Virus record (IMG/VR): IMGVR_UViG_3300040806_001491
Location: 1 to 61,545 of that record
DNA from: a virus
Lineage: Duplodnaviria; Caudoviricetes
Length of the DNA: 61,545 bases
Reading direction: 5' to 3' (one strand)
Shown here: positions 27,521 to 42,500 of the stretch, one piece after another
Layout: every line of letters begins with the position of its first letter
How positions within the stretch are numbered: the stretch's first letter is position 1
Position numbers and translations under genes: made by a program
The notes under the pieces: model-generated
What the model was told of the DNA's origin: nothing
The model's input: the letters and a program-made list of their open reading frames with translations, nothing else
Database searches by the model: none

Positions 27521-30500
27521 TTGGTAAGCTGGTTGTTGTTTCTCTCAAGAAATCAGCAATTGAATTTCTTGCGTATCTCAACTGTTCTCCCGAATTTACC
27601 CATGTTTTTCCTATTTTTCTAACTGTATATAACTTAACGTCCTCTGGTAACGTTGTTTCTAGAGTCAGTGTGCCGCCTTCAATAGTATATTCAGCAGGTA
27701 CTGTAACATCTGCTTCCGGACTATCTTGATTAATTGTATTATCAAATACCTGTAAAGGTCCTTTTCTTAAACGCTTACCTTGAGCAAATACCTCAATTTC
27801 GTCACTTGACGAAGGTACAAAGTCTAAACTGTATGTATTTGATTCCCCGTCTGTAATAAATTGTAGTGTACGAGACTCGTCAACATATGGTATTGTTTCT
27901 TGTCTACCTTGATCTTCAACTTCTGTACCAGCTGCATAGACATTCTTTGTACCAGTGCCTAGTGTACCTCTACGTAATTGTCCTAGTGTGTTTCCGTTAA
28001 CAGTAAAATACTCTATTCTTTCCCCGTCAATAAACAATACTCCAGGACTGTTTATTTCTTTACTAGGTGTGCCTATACCGCTTGCATCTACAAGTTCAAT
28101 AGTATCATCATTATAGTGTAAATCTGACGCTAATTGGAACACTTTGTCTGAATTTAATCTCTTGTAATGTGTTCTGTTAAGCATGTCTTTAAAGATTCTA
28201 TAACCAAACTTACTATTGGTCTTTTGAGCTGCAAAGTGTATTACTTCAATTATATCGTCTGCTGTTACAGGGATTTTAATTTCAACTTTATCGTTAAATC
28301 TTGAAAGTGTGTAATCAACATTAGCATCTAATAAAGTTCCGTTTAATGTTACCCATACATAGTCTACACTAAGTGCAGGCTTACGTAAAGAAACTATACC
28401 TCTAGTAAGCAAGTGATAATTATAGTAATCTCTGCTTCCTGCTTGTGTTGTAATTCTTGAAGTAACTGTTTTTACTTGTCTTTCAATACCTTGTATATCA
28501 TGCTTACTAAAAGTAAATATTTCTATAGTTTCGTTTTGCAACGGAACATTTTCTAGTATAACAATATCTCCACCTTCTATCAAACCTGTGCCTGATATCT
28601 GTGCTGTTGCCTCGCTTATTATACCTTCTATAGTAACTGTATTTCCGTCATTAAATAAATCAATTACTTCTTGCGCTGTTCCTTTGATTTCTAAAATATT
28701 GTTAGCAAAAGATTTTATTACATAGGTATATGTCGACGAACCTGAAGTAAATGTAACTTCTTCTCCTTCTTGGAATCTTCCGTCTAATGAAGTTAACGAA
28801 ATTCTAGTATTTGTATCAAATCTGTATTCTCCAGTACCAAGTACAAATATTTCAATAGTATCGCCAATATCGCCAACGTTATCAAATAATGAAACTGTTG
28901 TGTTTGCAAAGTCCCAACTAAACTCATCTAGGAAAGACAGCTTAGTTCCATTTCTAAATACTAACACGTTTTCAGGGCTAACAGAACTATACGGAATTTG
29001 TCCTAAATCTAGAGTAAAGTTTCTTATTCCTGGCTGAACTGTAAATTCTTCATTGTAGTCGGGTGTTAATATCTTATTTCCTACTTTTACAATAATATTA
29101 TGTGTTAAAGGCAGACTGTCAAATGGACTTTGTGCCAGTGTATACGCTGCTGTGCTGCCATCAGCTGTAAACTGATCTACTGTTGCCTGACTAAATGATT
29201 GTTCAGCACTTTGATATATTGCATACTGTATTTTTGCATTTTCTTCAGGAGCAATTACAAATTTAAATGCAATAACACCTTTGTTATCTCCGTAGCTTTC
29301 ATCAGCTTCAAAGATATTAACTTCAACAGGGTTACCGTCAATTGTTACAAATACACTAACATCTTGTTTTTCTAAAAATTCTTTGCCATCAACCGTTGTT
29401 GCTGTTTTAGGATACAATACATTCGAAACAAATATTTGTGTAACACCGTCTCCTACAAAGTTATCAATATCAAGCAAGTTTTCACCATTAACTCCCATTG
29501 AGAAAATGTTAACACTATCTCCTGCATTTAATCCCGAGTCAAATGTTAAAAATCCTTCTTCATAATTTACTTCATAATTTTTTACAATAGTTCCGTTAAC
29601 TTTAACAAAACATGCTTCTGAACTATGAGGTAGTATAGACAAGTCAAATACAGTTTGTCCTTGATCTGATTGATAATTACGAACACTGATTAAGCTACCG
29701 CCGTCTGCTGGTCTGTCAACAACTTTAATATCTAACACATCTAATAATTGTCCAGGAACTAGTTCTTCAGGACCTTTAGATGTAGTAGGTGTAACAAAAC
29801 CATCACCGTCTACTGTAATATCTTCTGGTGCATACCCTGTTGCTGTACCGTATGCTAAGTTTCCGCCCTGTAGTACAGTATCTAAACCTATACCTTCTGG
29901 TAAGAAACTTCCGTCTGATGTACTCTTACGAATAATTATTTTAGATTGATCTTTATATAAACTTTCTAGTTCAACAACATTTTCAAACTTAATTGTTAAA
30001 TTTTCTGCATCATAAAATTCGCTAGATGTAGTAAGTGTTGGCATAATAGCATTTGGATTTGCTAATGCTAATGTTTCGCCAGAAGTAGGATCTACGTAAG
30101 TTCGTGTACTTCCGTCATAATTAGGATCATCTATTCTAACGCCGTTTACATATACATTATAATCAGTATTATCATCTAACGCCTGTTCTAATTGGAATAC
30201 TGTTGTGCTTCCATCATATGCAAATACTATATCTTCGTAGCTTTCGTCATAGGAATCCCAGCTGTCAGTATACCATCCGGCGTTATCCCATCCTAGATTT
30301 TGTCCAAACTCAAAACTCTTTACTTGAACGCCGCCGTAGTCAATACCATCCATTAGTTGACTTAGATCTTTTCCTAATAATCCTTCATTAGATTCGTATA
30401 GTAAATTTATTCGATCTTGTGCATTTAACAAGTCCATATTTCTGTTATATTCTATAACAATAGTACTATCTTTAGGAGGTGTGTTAACAAATAAAACATA

Positions 30501-33500
30501 TCCTATTTGTCTCTTATAAGACTTAGTCTTGTCGTCTTCGTTACCAACTGAATACTCACTACTTAAAGGCTCTTGTCCGTCTATAGTAATTTTAGTTTTA
30601 TTCTTGGTAATATTTAAAGGCCATTTTAAATAATATTTTAATTGACTTCCTGAAGCTGTAAATGTTTCAGTTTCAATTAAATTAGTAGTTTCATATTGAC
30701 CACTTACTCTATCAAAACGTTGAGTAACTTTTATTGATCTAGTTTTTTCATTACCCATTACTAGCGAAATTTTAGCAGGAATACTTCCTTCAACTTGAGT
30801 TCCTTCTACTTCAATAGTAGGAATGCCAAAATATCCGGTACCTGGATTTGTAATTTCAATCTTTTTAATAGAACCTTGTCCTAAGAATGCTTTTGCTGTG
30901 GCATCTCGGCCGCCTCCGCCTCGGATAGTAATTACTGGAACTTCAGTATATCCTGTGCCGCCATCTTCAATGTCAATTCTAATTACTTGAAGTGCTGCAT
31001 TGTCTAACCAATGACGCTCCGGATACTCTGTAATACTTTCAGGTAAGTTAGTTAAAACATTCTCATCAACCTTAATTGATTTTGGTTCTATAATTCCTGT
31101 TGCTTCGTTATATACAGGTGTTAGATCAAAATCTGTTACTACCGATCCAGTATTTTCTTGTTTTTCGTAACTGGACAAGTATTCTCTAATATTAGTTTTA
31201 TATGGTTTAACTTCCCTAATATATTCTTCATAACTTGGTAGATTATCATTTTGGAATGTTACTCTTTGTGTAAGCTCTCCTACATTATGTTTTGCTTTTA
31301 CAAAACTAGTTTTAAATAACCAATCTACATATTTTTGCTCGCTTAGAACATAACGTAATTGAGCAAAAAATAGATTATTATATTCTATTTCTAATTCGTC
31401 TACAAACAAATTGTCTCTAATTGCTTCAAATATTTTTCTAAGTTCTACAGCATTGTTTGTTCCGGTAATACAACTATTTGTAAATTGTATAGTACCATCT
31501 TGTCTGCCAACAACTTCGTAGTTTTCAGTATACTGTGGAGTATCTTTATTAACACTTTTTCGATAAAGAACCCAACCGCCTGAACCAGAGTTTTCTACCT
31601 TAACAATATCACCAATATTGTCATCAATTATGTTTAGCTGATAAGGCTCATCAATTAAGAAATCAATGTTTGTTAAAGTGCTATAACCTTCTGCATACCA
31701 GTCTGAATAATTCCAGTAGTCTCTTACATCATAGGATTGTCTTTGTCCTTGAGTCCATTCTCTTGTAGTTGCATCGTAAGTATATATTGCCCATTTACCG
31801 TCAATTGTTGAGTCTGCTCTAACTAGAGCACTTAGAGGTCTAACTGTAATAGTTGTATTTGCATCATAATAGTTTCCTTGTGCTAATACTTCTGTTTCAA
31901 TAATTTGTCCTAAATTATTAATATACGTTTCTATTATTGCTTCAGAACCTGTTCCATTAATTGTTAGTGTAGGTCCTTTTCGTTTAGACGAAACATTAAC
32001 ATCGAATGTGATGTCTTTATAACCTCTACCAGGATTTTCAATAGTAACACTTACAATTTTTCCATCTTGTATTACAGGAATCAGCTGTGCTGTTTCTGCT
32101 CTTACAGTTCCAATAAATCTTAGTTCGTCTTCTGTATCAACCGAAACATCGTAGTGTCTACTTATATCTGTTGGCTGTGGATCAAAATCTAATAACGAAT
32201 CAATGTTAAAGTTGTCAAGAAGTAGTGTTTGATCTAACACTCTGTTAACTCTTTCAAAGTACTCTTTTCTTGCTTCAACTGGATTTTTAAACCAACTTTG
32301 TCTTGGTGTAAATAGAGATCCGTATTTTTGCTTGTCACTAAGTGTGCTATCTGGAACTATTCTACCAAATTTATCTTGTTCACATAAACTATCAAACCAT
32401 TTTAGTTCTATGTCTCTCTTTGGCTTACTAGTTGAAAGGCCTTCAGAAATAATTTGATATTCATTATGTATGTTTTGATCTTGATTGTCAATAGTCCAGT
32501 AACGGAAATTAAGAGCTACATCATTATCAGAAATATCTTTTTTTACATTATGTAAAATAAATTTGTCATTTCCTGCTAAACTTACAAAAGGCACTAACTT
32601 ACTGTTTGGATTTTCAATAAGTGATGCTACTTCGTCAGCTGATTTCTTTCTATTTTCTACATTAGGAACTTTAGTTGGACGTCTTACCCAGTAATAGTAT
32701 CTAGTAATAAAACGCTGTGCAACTTTGTCATATGTTTGATTCTGTACATATAAACGATCACCGTATAAAGAAGTACCAGTAATATTTCGTCTGGCTCCTT
32801 CGTTTGTTCCGCTTAGGTTATCCCATTCTGAAGGTAATACTGTTGTTTCTACCCATTCGTACACATCAATACTTGCACCAAACGCAAGTCTATTCCAAGC
32901 AAATTGTGAATAGTTTATATCGCCTTGATATGCATTTAAGAATTTAGCTCTACTTAAATCCCACCATAATTGTCCAACTTGATCTTTACCCCAAGTATTA
33001 AACAAATCTACAAACGCTTCTTCGCTTACGTTATAAGTTGCAGGGTCATAATATGTTTTATATGTTAATTCTTGTTCTGCAACACCTATTAATTTATTAG
33101 CAACCGGATCAACAATATCTAAATATCTAATAAGTTCGCTAGACTTAGTATTATACAAGAAGCAACCTTTAAATTTATTAATGTTAACTTGATCTGTAGG
33201 CTCTCTATGAACTACCCAACTATTATCACCTGGAGTTTTTCTAAAATTAATAATTTGTCCGTTAGCATCTCCGTAATTAGTTAAACCTACGTAAACATGA
33301 TTTTGTTTTATAAGTAAATTTTTTCCAAAACCGTATACATCAAAATCTCTATAGCTAATTTGTTGTCCGTAAACTAGTGTATTGTTAATTCTTTCATACA
33401 AATATACAACACCACTATCTATTACTCGTCTAACAAAATTAGTAAATCCGTTGTCAAGGAAAGTATTATTTCCGTCAAATGTAGTATCTAAACGAATATC

Positions 33501-36500
33501 ACCATTAGCACTTGTTACAGCAAGTTGATCTCCATCAAATCCAATTCTAAATCCAAAGTTTTCAACTGGTTCTGCATTTTCACTTGTTAATGTCTGTGTA
33601 AGTTGATACCCATTAGAACCAAGCAAGTATATAAAGACTTTTCCTTGGAACTTAGAATTGCTATCTGCATCCGGAGCACTTACAGCAATTAATTTTCCAT
33701 CGTCGGATACAGCTACCTGCGAACCAAAGCCTGGTGCATCTTCAGGTTGTTCTATAACTTGATATAAAGAATGATGGAATTCATCAAGTCTGTACACGGC
33801 AATTTTAATAGTGCTATCATATTCGACCACCGAAGCTATTGTTTTTCCGTTTTCAGATGTATCAAAATTGCTTGCAAATCCTATTAATGGATTGTCCTGA
33901 TCTTGATTAACTACAAGAACTGGATTTATTGCTGTTTCACCAGCAAAATTATATCCTGAAGTATTTGGTAGGTAACCTACAAAGTCAATATGATCGCCAA
34001 TTTCGCTCCATTTGTTTGGATTAAATGGTCCATCTTGCATATTAATTTTTGCTCTGTACCATGTTCCGTTATATTCAACAACATCATTTGCTGAATATAA
34101 TGAGTTTTGACTATAAGATCCTTTATAGTTTGGATCTTTTGCAAGAGTCCAGTTATAAGAAATATTATTTAAGTTTCCGTATAGCACCTGATGCAATCGG
34201 CCCCTAGATTCAGGACTTACATTTCCTCGATCGTCAGCGTGTGATTCGTCACTATTAATTAATAATCTAGTATAATCAGGTGTTTGTGCAAGTTTAATAA
34301 CCGAACCAAGTTTTCTTTCATTTTCTCTATTAGGAAGTATAAATCCATTAACTAAATTAAATGTATTATTAAATTCGTTATATTCGTATACGAAATAAGC
34401 ACCTTCATTTGTAAAGGAACTTGCATCTTTTGTATTGTCAATAGGAATATTATTAACTTGTACCCAGTCGTTATTTTGATCGCTAGGGTATAATGGGCTT
34501 CTTGATATTCCTAACCTAGTTTCTTCTATCCAAGATTGCCACTCGATGTTTGTTACAAACTTAGTTTTAAAACTAGCCGTATCTATTGGAGTAAAGACAT
34601 TAACATCGTAATCAATTTGATCAGGTATTGCAAAATTATCTTGTTCATAAAATACAGCAACCTTACCGATATCTCCATCAGCAAGTTGTCTTGCTTGTAT
34701 ACTACCTAGTTCAACTTCATTGCCGTTAGGAAAGATTTTCTTAATAGTTGATAAAAAGTCTGTCTCGCCGTATCTTCGACCAAATGTAAAAGTACCGTCA
34801 ATTATTTTAATCCAGAGTCTTGCACTTAAATTATCTCTTTGATAGTGCATAACTCTTGCTCTAGCACCATTTTCAGCTTCTTGTACTAAGTCACCAACTT
34901 CAAACTCTATATCAGTACGAGTTAGTCTTATGTCTAACCATCCATCCCATAAATCATCAGGATCTGATATAGTATGTGTCTTATTAACAATGTCAAAACT
35001 TAGACCAGTGTCGCTTAGATCCCATTCTACTCTATCTCTAATGAATCTAATCTTTGTATCTATATCTAAAGGATTACCGTCAGCATCAAGCTGTCTTGCT
35101 TTGTTTAACCAAAGACCTAATTTAACTTCTTCGCCGTTTTCTAATTTTTGTGAAGCCACATCAGACACGGCTTTATCTAAACGAACTACCCATCTATTGT
35201 CTAACTGATCAACAGGTAATATATCTCCAAGCCCAGCATTACCTACATAACTAAGAACACGCATCATGCTTGTTTCTTTTTGGAATGCTGTTGTTCCTGC
35301 TATTTGGAATGGTGGATTATTTTGCTGTGATAATAAACTATTACTAGTAGGCAACGGTGTTGCTGTTGCTGTATCTAGTGTTAAATCTTGATAAACTAAA
35401 CCTCTGTATGTATCAACTTGTGGATCGTCAACAACATATGTTCCGTTAGTTTCTATTTCCCAATATCCTCCAAGACTTTGTGATCTTTCTATAGTATCTG
35501 CTAGAGGTCTTGCATAGTTTCCTATTAAAAACACATTGTCAATTTTTAGTTGGTCGTTGTTAGCAAAAATACCATTTTTATTATTAACGTAAAGTACCAT
35601 CTTGGCACTTTCAATTCTTACTTTTACTACAGTGGCATTACCTGTATCAGTTGTAACAACATCGCCTACTTCTGGTATTGCCAACGGATTTTCTATGTAA
35701 AATACTTCATCAACTTTTCGTCTAATTTCGTGAGGACCAGCTTCTAAAAATGTGTTTGTGATATTTGCATATGCATTGTTAAATGGTTTTTCTATTTTGC
35801 TAATGAAGCCTGCAAAATCTCCCGGTGCGCTTGATCCTAACAATCCTACACTTGCATCTACAGGTATAGTAAGAGCTGCATCTCTATAAAGTTCTACAGT
35901 ATCATTTGCAACAGCCTTAACATAAAATCTTTGATTTTGTAAACCTGCTATACCAAAATTTTCTTTGACATTTAATGCAATGTCTGGATTTGAATTATCA
36001 AAGGAAGGTATTACCAAAGGATTTCCATTTGCATCAAATTGAGTTGCAGATGTTTCTAAAAATCCATTGTTAGGTATTTCTGTAAGTAATATTTCGTCAC
36101 CAGTAGCTAAGTTAATTTCCAATTGACCACTAAATGCACTAAATGCTCTTGCACTATTTTCTTGATATGTTCCTGCCCACGCTGTGCCGTTTACAGTTTG
36201 TGTTAAATCGATATCTGAATATAGTTCAAATTCATCTGCATTTATAACTCTAATATAATACTCATTGTTTATATCTACTAATCCAACGGCGCCTGCTATT
36301 ATTATACGTTGTCCGTTTTCAAATTCGTGACTTTCGCTTTCAATTCTAACAGGATTAAGTTTAAAAACTTGATTTACTACACGAACAAAACTATCAAACG
36401 TAACATGAATTCTGTCAGTATCATCTACTGAAGTTTCAAAAATATTTTTTATCGGTATCTTGTTTATTGGTCGTAAATTGTTAGTAATTTCGCTGTGTTC

Positions 36501-39500
36501 AAAATAAACATAATCCCCTGGCTTAGATCCATCATACATATCGTCAGGTGCTCTAACTAGTACATGATCTGTTACAAAAGGTATAGTAACAGGATTGCTA
36601 TCTGATACATCTTGATTAATATCGAAGTTTGGATTTTCTTGTTCGATGCCTAGAGGATAGTCTCCTGTTATTAAAGTAGGAATGTTTGAATAGCTCCCGT
36701 AAGTATCAAAAAGGTTGTCTTCTATTTTAGAAATTAAATCAAAACTATTAAACGAAACGTTGTCTACTTGACCTTTAACACTTCTTCTAGATTGCCAAAG
36801 ATTTTCAGCATATGATACAATAGCTGCATTATTATAGTTTGCGGTTATATCAAATTCATCCTTAAATGCACTCTTTACATTTGATGCAAAAGGTGCTGAT
36901 ACAGCTATATAGTTGCCGTCTTGGCTGACCGCAACACTTTGTCCGTAACGACTATTAGAACTTGCATAATTGTCAATTGGTTCTAGTGTAACTAAAGGTT
37001 CTAGATTTTCATTTTCTGAGGTTCTTTGATAAACATACACTTTGCCGTCGCCGTCTTCTGGAGCGCCAATAGCTAGTATTTTGTTATCAGCCGAAGCTGA
37101 TAAAGATTGACCGTAAAATGTTGCTGTAGTTGTTGGATTGTTTATTGTTTCGTTTAATGCATAACTTTTATTAGATTTAATAACATTCCATTTTCCACTA
37201 CCGTTATCATCAACCCAAATTATTTCGCCGTCATCAACATCTTGTTGTGCATATAAGTTTGCATCACTTAACGTTTTAACTCTATTACTAGTAAACTTAG
37301 AAACTATTCCATTTGCTTCATCAACAGAATCGGGTATATTTTCTCCTAGATTAATTGTAACTCGATTTAATACTGAAGTTACAACTTCATAAAAACCGTT
37401 AAATCCTGGAACATCTTGTATTCCGATAATGTCACCTTCTACAAACGATGATAGTCTATCAAAGAATATAGTTGCAGAAGTGCCGCCTCCGACTTGTGCT
37501 GAGGTTACTTTTAATCCACTGTCAATATGTTTGTATACATTCCAATCTTCACTATCAAATGTAGCCCAAACATATTCTCCTTGCTCAATCTCTTCAATTG
37601 GAATATTTAAAATATCTGCTTTTTGTAGTATAGTCCACTGTACATCATCAGCTCTAACATATCCTGCTGTTTTTACAGGATTTTCTTCTACATATTTTGT
37701 AGGAAATGGTGCATGAGTATAATCTTTTGTTTTTAGATAAACTTCGTCTTCGGTTAATCTATAAACTAAGTCTGTTGGTACATCCGGTACTTCATTTGTA
37801 AGTAATACTGGCTGCGGACTTATTAAAAATTTATCTTCTGATAATTTAAATTCAACTTCTTCAAATCCGTCTGCTGCACCATATTGTCCTAATTTTACAG
37901 CCCATTCTTCGTAAAATTCAATGCTGTCTTTATTAGCACTACTTAAACTATCAAATAATTTTGACAATGCATTCTTAGTACCTTTATCGGCAATCATTCC
38001 TTGATAGAACTTATATTGACTAACATCGTCATTAATAATGTTAGAAAGATACTGGCGTTTTTGATAACCAATCAAGTGTTGGGCAATTCTTTGTTGCTCA
38101 ACATCAAAATTGTCAGTATCTAAATCATAAAAATCTGCAAACTGATTTACTTTATATTCAAGATTAGGTTTTAATCCAGGTTCGGGCTTTTCATTTAATC
38201 TATACCATTTGTTTGGATCAAAAGTTTCTGAACCAGTTACTTTGTTAATTGCGGTATAGTAAAACTCTTTGTTCTTTACAATATCTCCAATGGCATAATC
38301 TTTCCATTGTTCCCAATCATATACAATAGCATCATCATATAAGAATCCTGGAATGTTTAAAGTACCTTTCCAGTCGGCGGTTCTATAACCTAAAACTCTA
38401 ATTCTTTCTTGTCTATATCCAGTTTCAGGTTCATATATTACGTCTTTAAATGCTGTTTTAGAATCTAAAACAACGGTATGTTCTTTTTGAACTAACGGAA
38501 GTTTAATTGCATATACACCATCTGCTGTATTTTTAAGAGTAAGGTCAAAACCGTTTTCGTCTTGACGTACAATGTTTAAGAAATCTTCTCTAATTTGTGT
38601 TCCGTCTGCTTTTAAAACACTATACTCATAAAAGCTATCAAAAATATTATCAACCATAGTATTATCTCTATAGAATCTAATATTTTGTGCAGCTGGACTT
38701 AAACTAATTAATGTTCCTGAGTCCCAGTTTTGCGATGCCCAGAATAAAAATTCTTTGGCACTTAGTTTCCAATTTTCTACACTAGCAATATCTGAATTAT
38801 AATTTTCAAATATAAATCCTAGGTCTTCTAGATACTCGCCATAGCCTATTAAGAAGTCGACTACTTCTTGACTTGTTCTAAGTTGTGTTCCGTATGGCAA
38901 AATTTGGACTGATGACTTGTCAAAAGAAGTTCTTATTAATGCACTTCTACCTCCGTCGTTAGGTAGTTCAGGAAGTACTACAAACTTTGTTCCCTCAAAT
39001 GTTGAAGTACTTGTGTGTGTTTCTAAAGTACGATAATATCTATCATTATATTTTACAACTTTACCTTGCACATATTGTTTGTTTTCATTCCATTCGGTAA
39101 AAGATTCACTAACTCCGCCAACAGTAATATTAGTGTCACTTGAACGCTCGTTATACTGATAATACCTAAAGACAGGATCTGTAGAATCATAGCCTCGTAT
39201 AATCCAACCACTTGCAGATTTTTCAACTACTACTCCGCTATAATTTGCAACATCAATTGGACTGGATGTAGTTAAAATTACTCTGTAATTTTCTTCAGGA
39301 ACAAATACGTTGCCTTCATTTAAAGGTGTTCTAGAATCTAAAATAAGATTTAGTTTTGACTTGTCTGTAAATCCACCTAACTTAAATGCAATTTGATTTT
39401 CTAATCTTGTTAATCTTTCTTTATAGTTTGAAAAATTAGTTAATACATTGCTTGCTAGGTAGTTTGCTATAAAGTTTACTAACCCTAATGTAAATATACG

Positions 39501-42500
39501 CTGTACATTTCCGGCATCATTAGGAAAAATTAAATCAGAAGTTTTAATTCTTCTTCCAGTTTCACTATAAACAAGTTGGCCTGCACTATTTCTTACAGTT
39601 CTTAGTCTATCAAAAGCAAGACCTATAGTTTTAGCAGGTTTGTTTAGTATAAACGACTTAATTAGTGCAAACGGATATTCAGAGCTTCGTCTCCAAGCTG
39701 TTTCAACCGGTGCTTCGTCTCCAAACACAAATGCTTTTCTTGTTAAACTATTAACATAATTTTTTGCATAGTTACTATCTAAAGGCGAAAGTAGTTCACC
39801 TTGATCGTTTACTGGCAAGTGATTTGTTAATCCGGGTCTAGCATATTGTGATAGTGTTCTAATAGGTCTACCAGGTTGTCTGATTTTACCTTTTTCAATA
39901 TCTTGCCATAAAATTAAGTTATTACTTGTATATGGCGCTGGTCCGTACTGATCTTCCCACCAATCAGGTTTAATACTAAACCCTAACATTTCCCAAGGGT
40001 GAGTGTGCGGATGATCGGTATCATATGCATTTTTGTATACAGCTCTCCAAAAACCAGGTAAAGGCTTACCGTCAGGCGATGACATAGAGCTATAATTGTA
40101 TGTAAATGTATTTGCTCTTTGATAAAACGCAAAACTAGTATAATCTTCATTTCCAATGACATTTAACCAAGATGCAAAGTCTTTTATCATTGCTGTATCA
40201 AGATTTGATCTAGGTATCCTGTCAGAGTCTCTGTACTCGCCTTCTATAAATTCATGTATATCAAAAATACTAGTGTCGTAATCTAGTTTAAGATTATTAT
40301 ATATTCTTCTTTCAATTTCAAGGATAAGATCGTCTCTATAATCATCGTATGCTATAATCTTAGAACCATCGTGACCTATTATAATTTTTTTAGGTTCAAT
40401 ATACGTGTCGTCAACTGTAATCTCCGGAATATACTTAGGGTATAATCCAAGTTTTGTTGGAGTAGGAGGTATGTAATTGCCGTCTGTAGTTTCATACTCG
40501 TAGATATCAATTCTATCATTTAAATTTTTTGTTGCTGTAATTTGACAAAAACCTTCATTATTAAAAGTATAGTCTTTATCAATAATAAGTTGTGTATCAT
40601 TTATATAAACGCCTACAGCTTTTACGTCAATAGCGTCTTCATTAAAAGTCCTTGACAATGCATAAAATTCATTTTCTGGATCAAAAACTGTGTAGGTAAT
40701 TCGTTTTGCTCCTGTAACAGGAGCCATGTCCGAAAAGTAAAATGGCATAGTAATATTCTTATCACTATTCATTTCTCTTAGAATTATATCAACATGCTCT
40801 TTAGGCGATCCATCAAAACCTGTAGAATAAGCTGTTTGTAAAAACAGTCTTTTAAATTTAGCATACTCTCTACGACTATAATCTATTGCCTTAATAATAT
40901 TATTATCTTTATCAGTTAAATGATACAGTGCTAAATTAATAGGTCCAGAGTGTTGTAAAAACTTTTTACCATAAATGCCTACGTTTCCGAGATCTCTTAA
41001 ATTACTAACTCCTGGATATGCTCCAGAAAATCCGTCAACTTCTGAAACTATACTTTCTACATGCTCATTAACTTCACCTAATGTAAAATCATTAATTTCA
41101 TTGTTTAAAGGATTTCTTTCATAATTGCTTGGAATCTCGTATAAACCATTTTGGTTTTTACTTGCCGAGCTTTGTGTTTTTATTAAAATTATATCATTTT
41201 CATTTGCAGAAGAATTTAAACGCACTACTTTAGTAGAAACTTTGTTAACAATTTCAAAGTCTACACCTTCAAATAGCAAATTGTTGTTTTGGAAAAGTTT
41301 TACTTTAATATCATTTATTAAATGGCTGTTGTTGTAAACATCGATATTAAAATCTGTTTGTCCTTCGTTGGCAATGTATTGTCTTATAACATCTTGACGA
41401 CTATTGCCTTTGGCTTTTATCCAGCCATTAACAGATTTAAAATTTTCTCGAGACGTATGCTGGTGTAACACACAATTACTTGTAGAAACAGTTATTGGCT
41501 GTGCTGCAACTACATACTCAAACTCATCAGCAACTAAATTAAAATCATAAACAATATCACCCACATTTGATATAGATCTATATGATAATGGAAAACCTAG
41601 TTCAGTATCAACAGTGCCTGATCCAATTCTATAAGAAAATACTTTATTTCCCCTAAAAGTAGATCCAGGATATTCGTTCAAGTCTCCGTAACTAGATCCG
41701 TTGTCATCAAATAAATCAAATAATGGTGCTTGATTAACTTTAGTTTTTTCCTGTGTTAAATTCCAAGAAGCACCGTTAAAATAAAATAATCTTCCTTGAT
41801 AAGCCTGGCCATTGAGTGCTAATACAACTTCGTTTAATTTTGGTACAGAATCAGGTTCTTCTACAAGAGTAATTTGTCTTTTACCGTTATGATTAATAAA
41901 TCTAACTTTAAAAATTTTGCCTGCTTCTCTAATATCTTGTTCAGCGGTAAACAATACACGCATTCCGTCAACTAAATCAATTCCGTCTATGTTGTATCCT
42001 AATGATCCTTCAATAGTACTAAAAATGTCTGTAGTAAATGTATCAATTAAGTCAACATTAGATTTGCCTTCTGTTCCATATTGAAACAAATGCAAGCCTG
42101 CATTAAATTCTATAATAGGTCTTGTTGCACGAGCGGTTTGATCAACACTAATAGGCTGACTGTTATACTCTGCACTATTTTCAATTACTGTTTTATGAAA
42201 CCATCTATTGCCTCTGCTCCAAGCGTTTCTATCCGAACTAGCACGATTAACAACAATATAGTCCTTAGTTGCTGTATACCCTGCTGCATTGTCAAACGGC
42301 AATCTGTCAAATGCTTGTGTGTCGAAAGGAATTTCTAAGTCTTCATTGTAAGTGCTTGGTATTTCTAAATCGTCTTCACTTACTAACTGAATTCTCTCTC
42401 CAACACCTTCAACATACCATTGGCCTTTGCTATATTTTTCAGGAGTAACTTCTCCAATAAACTCTAGTTTCATACCATTAGAAAGAGGAAATCCTCTTTC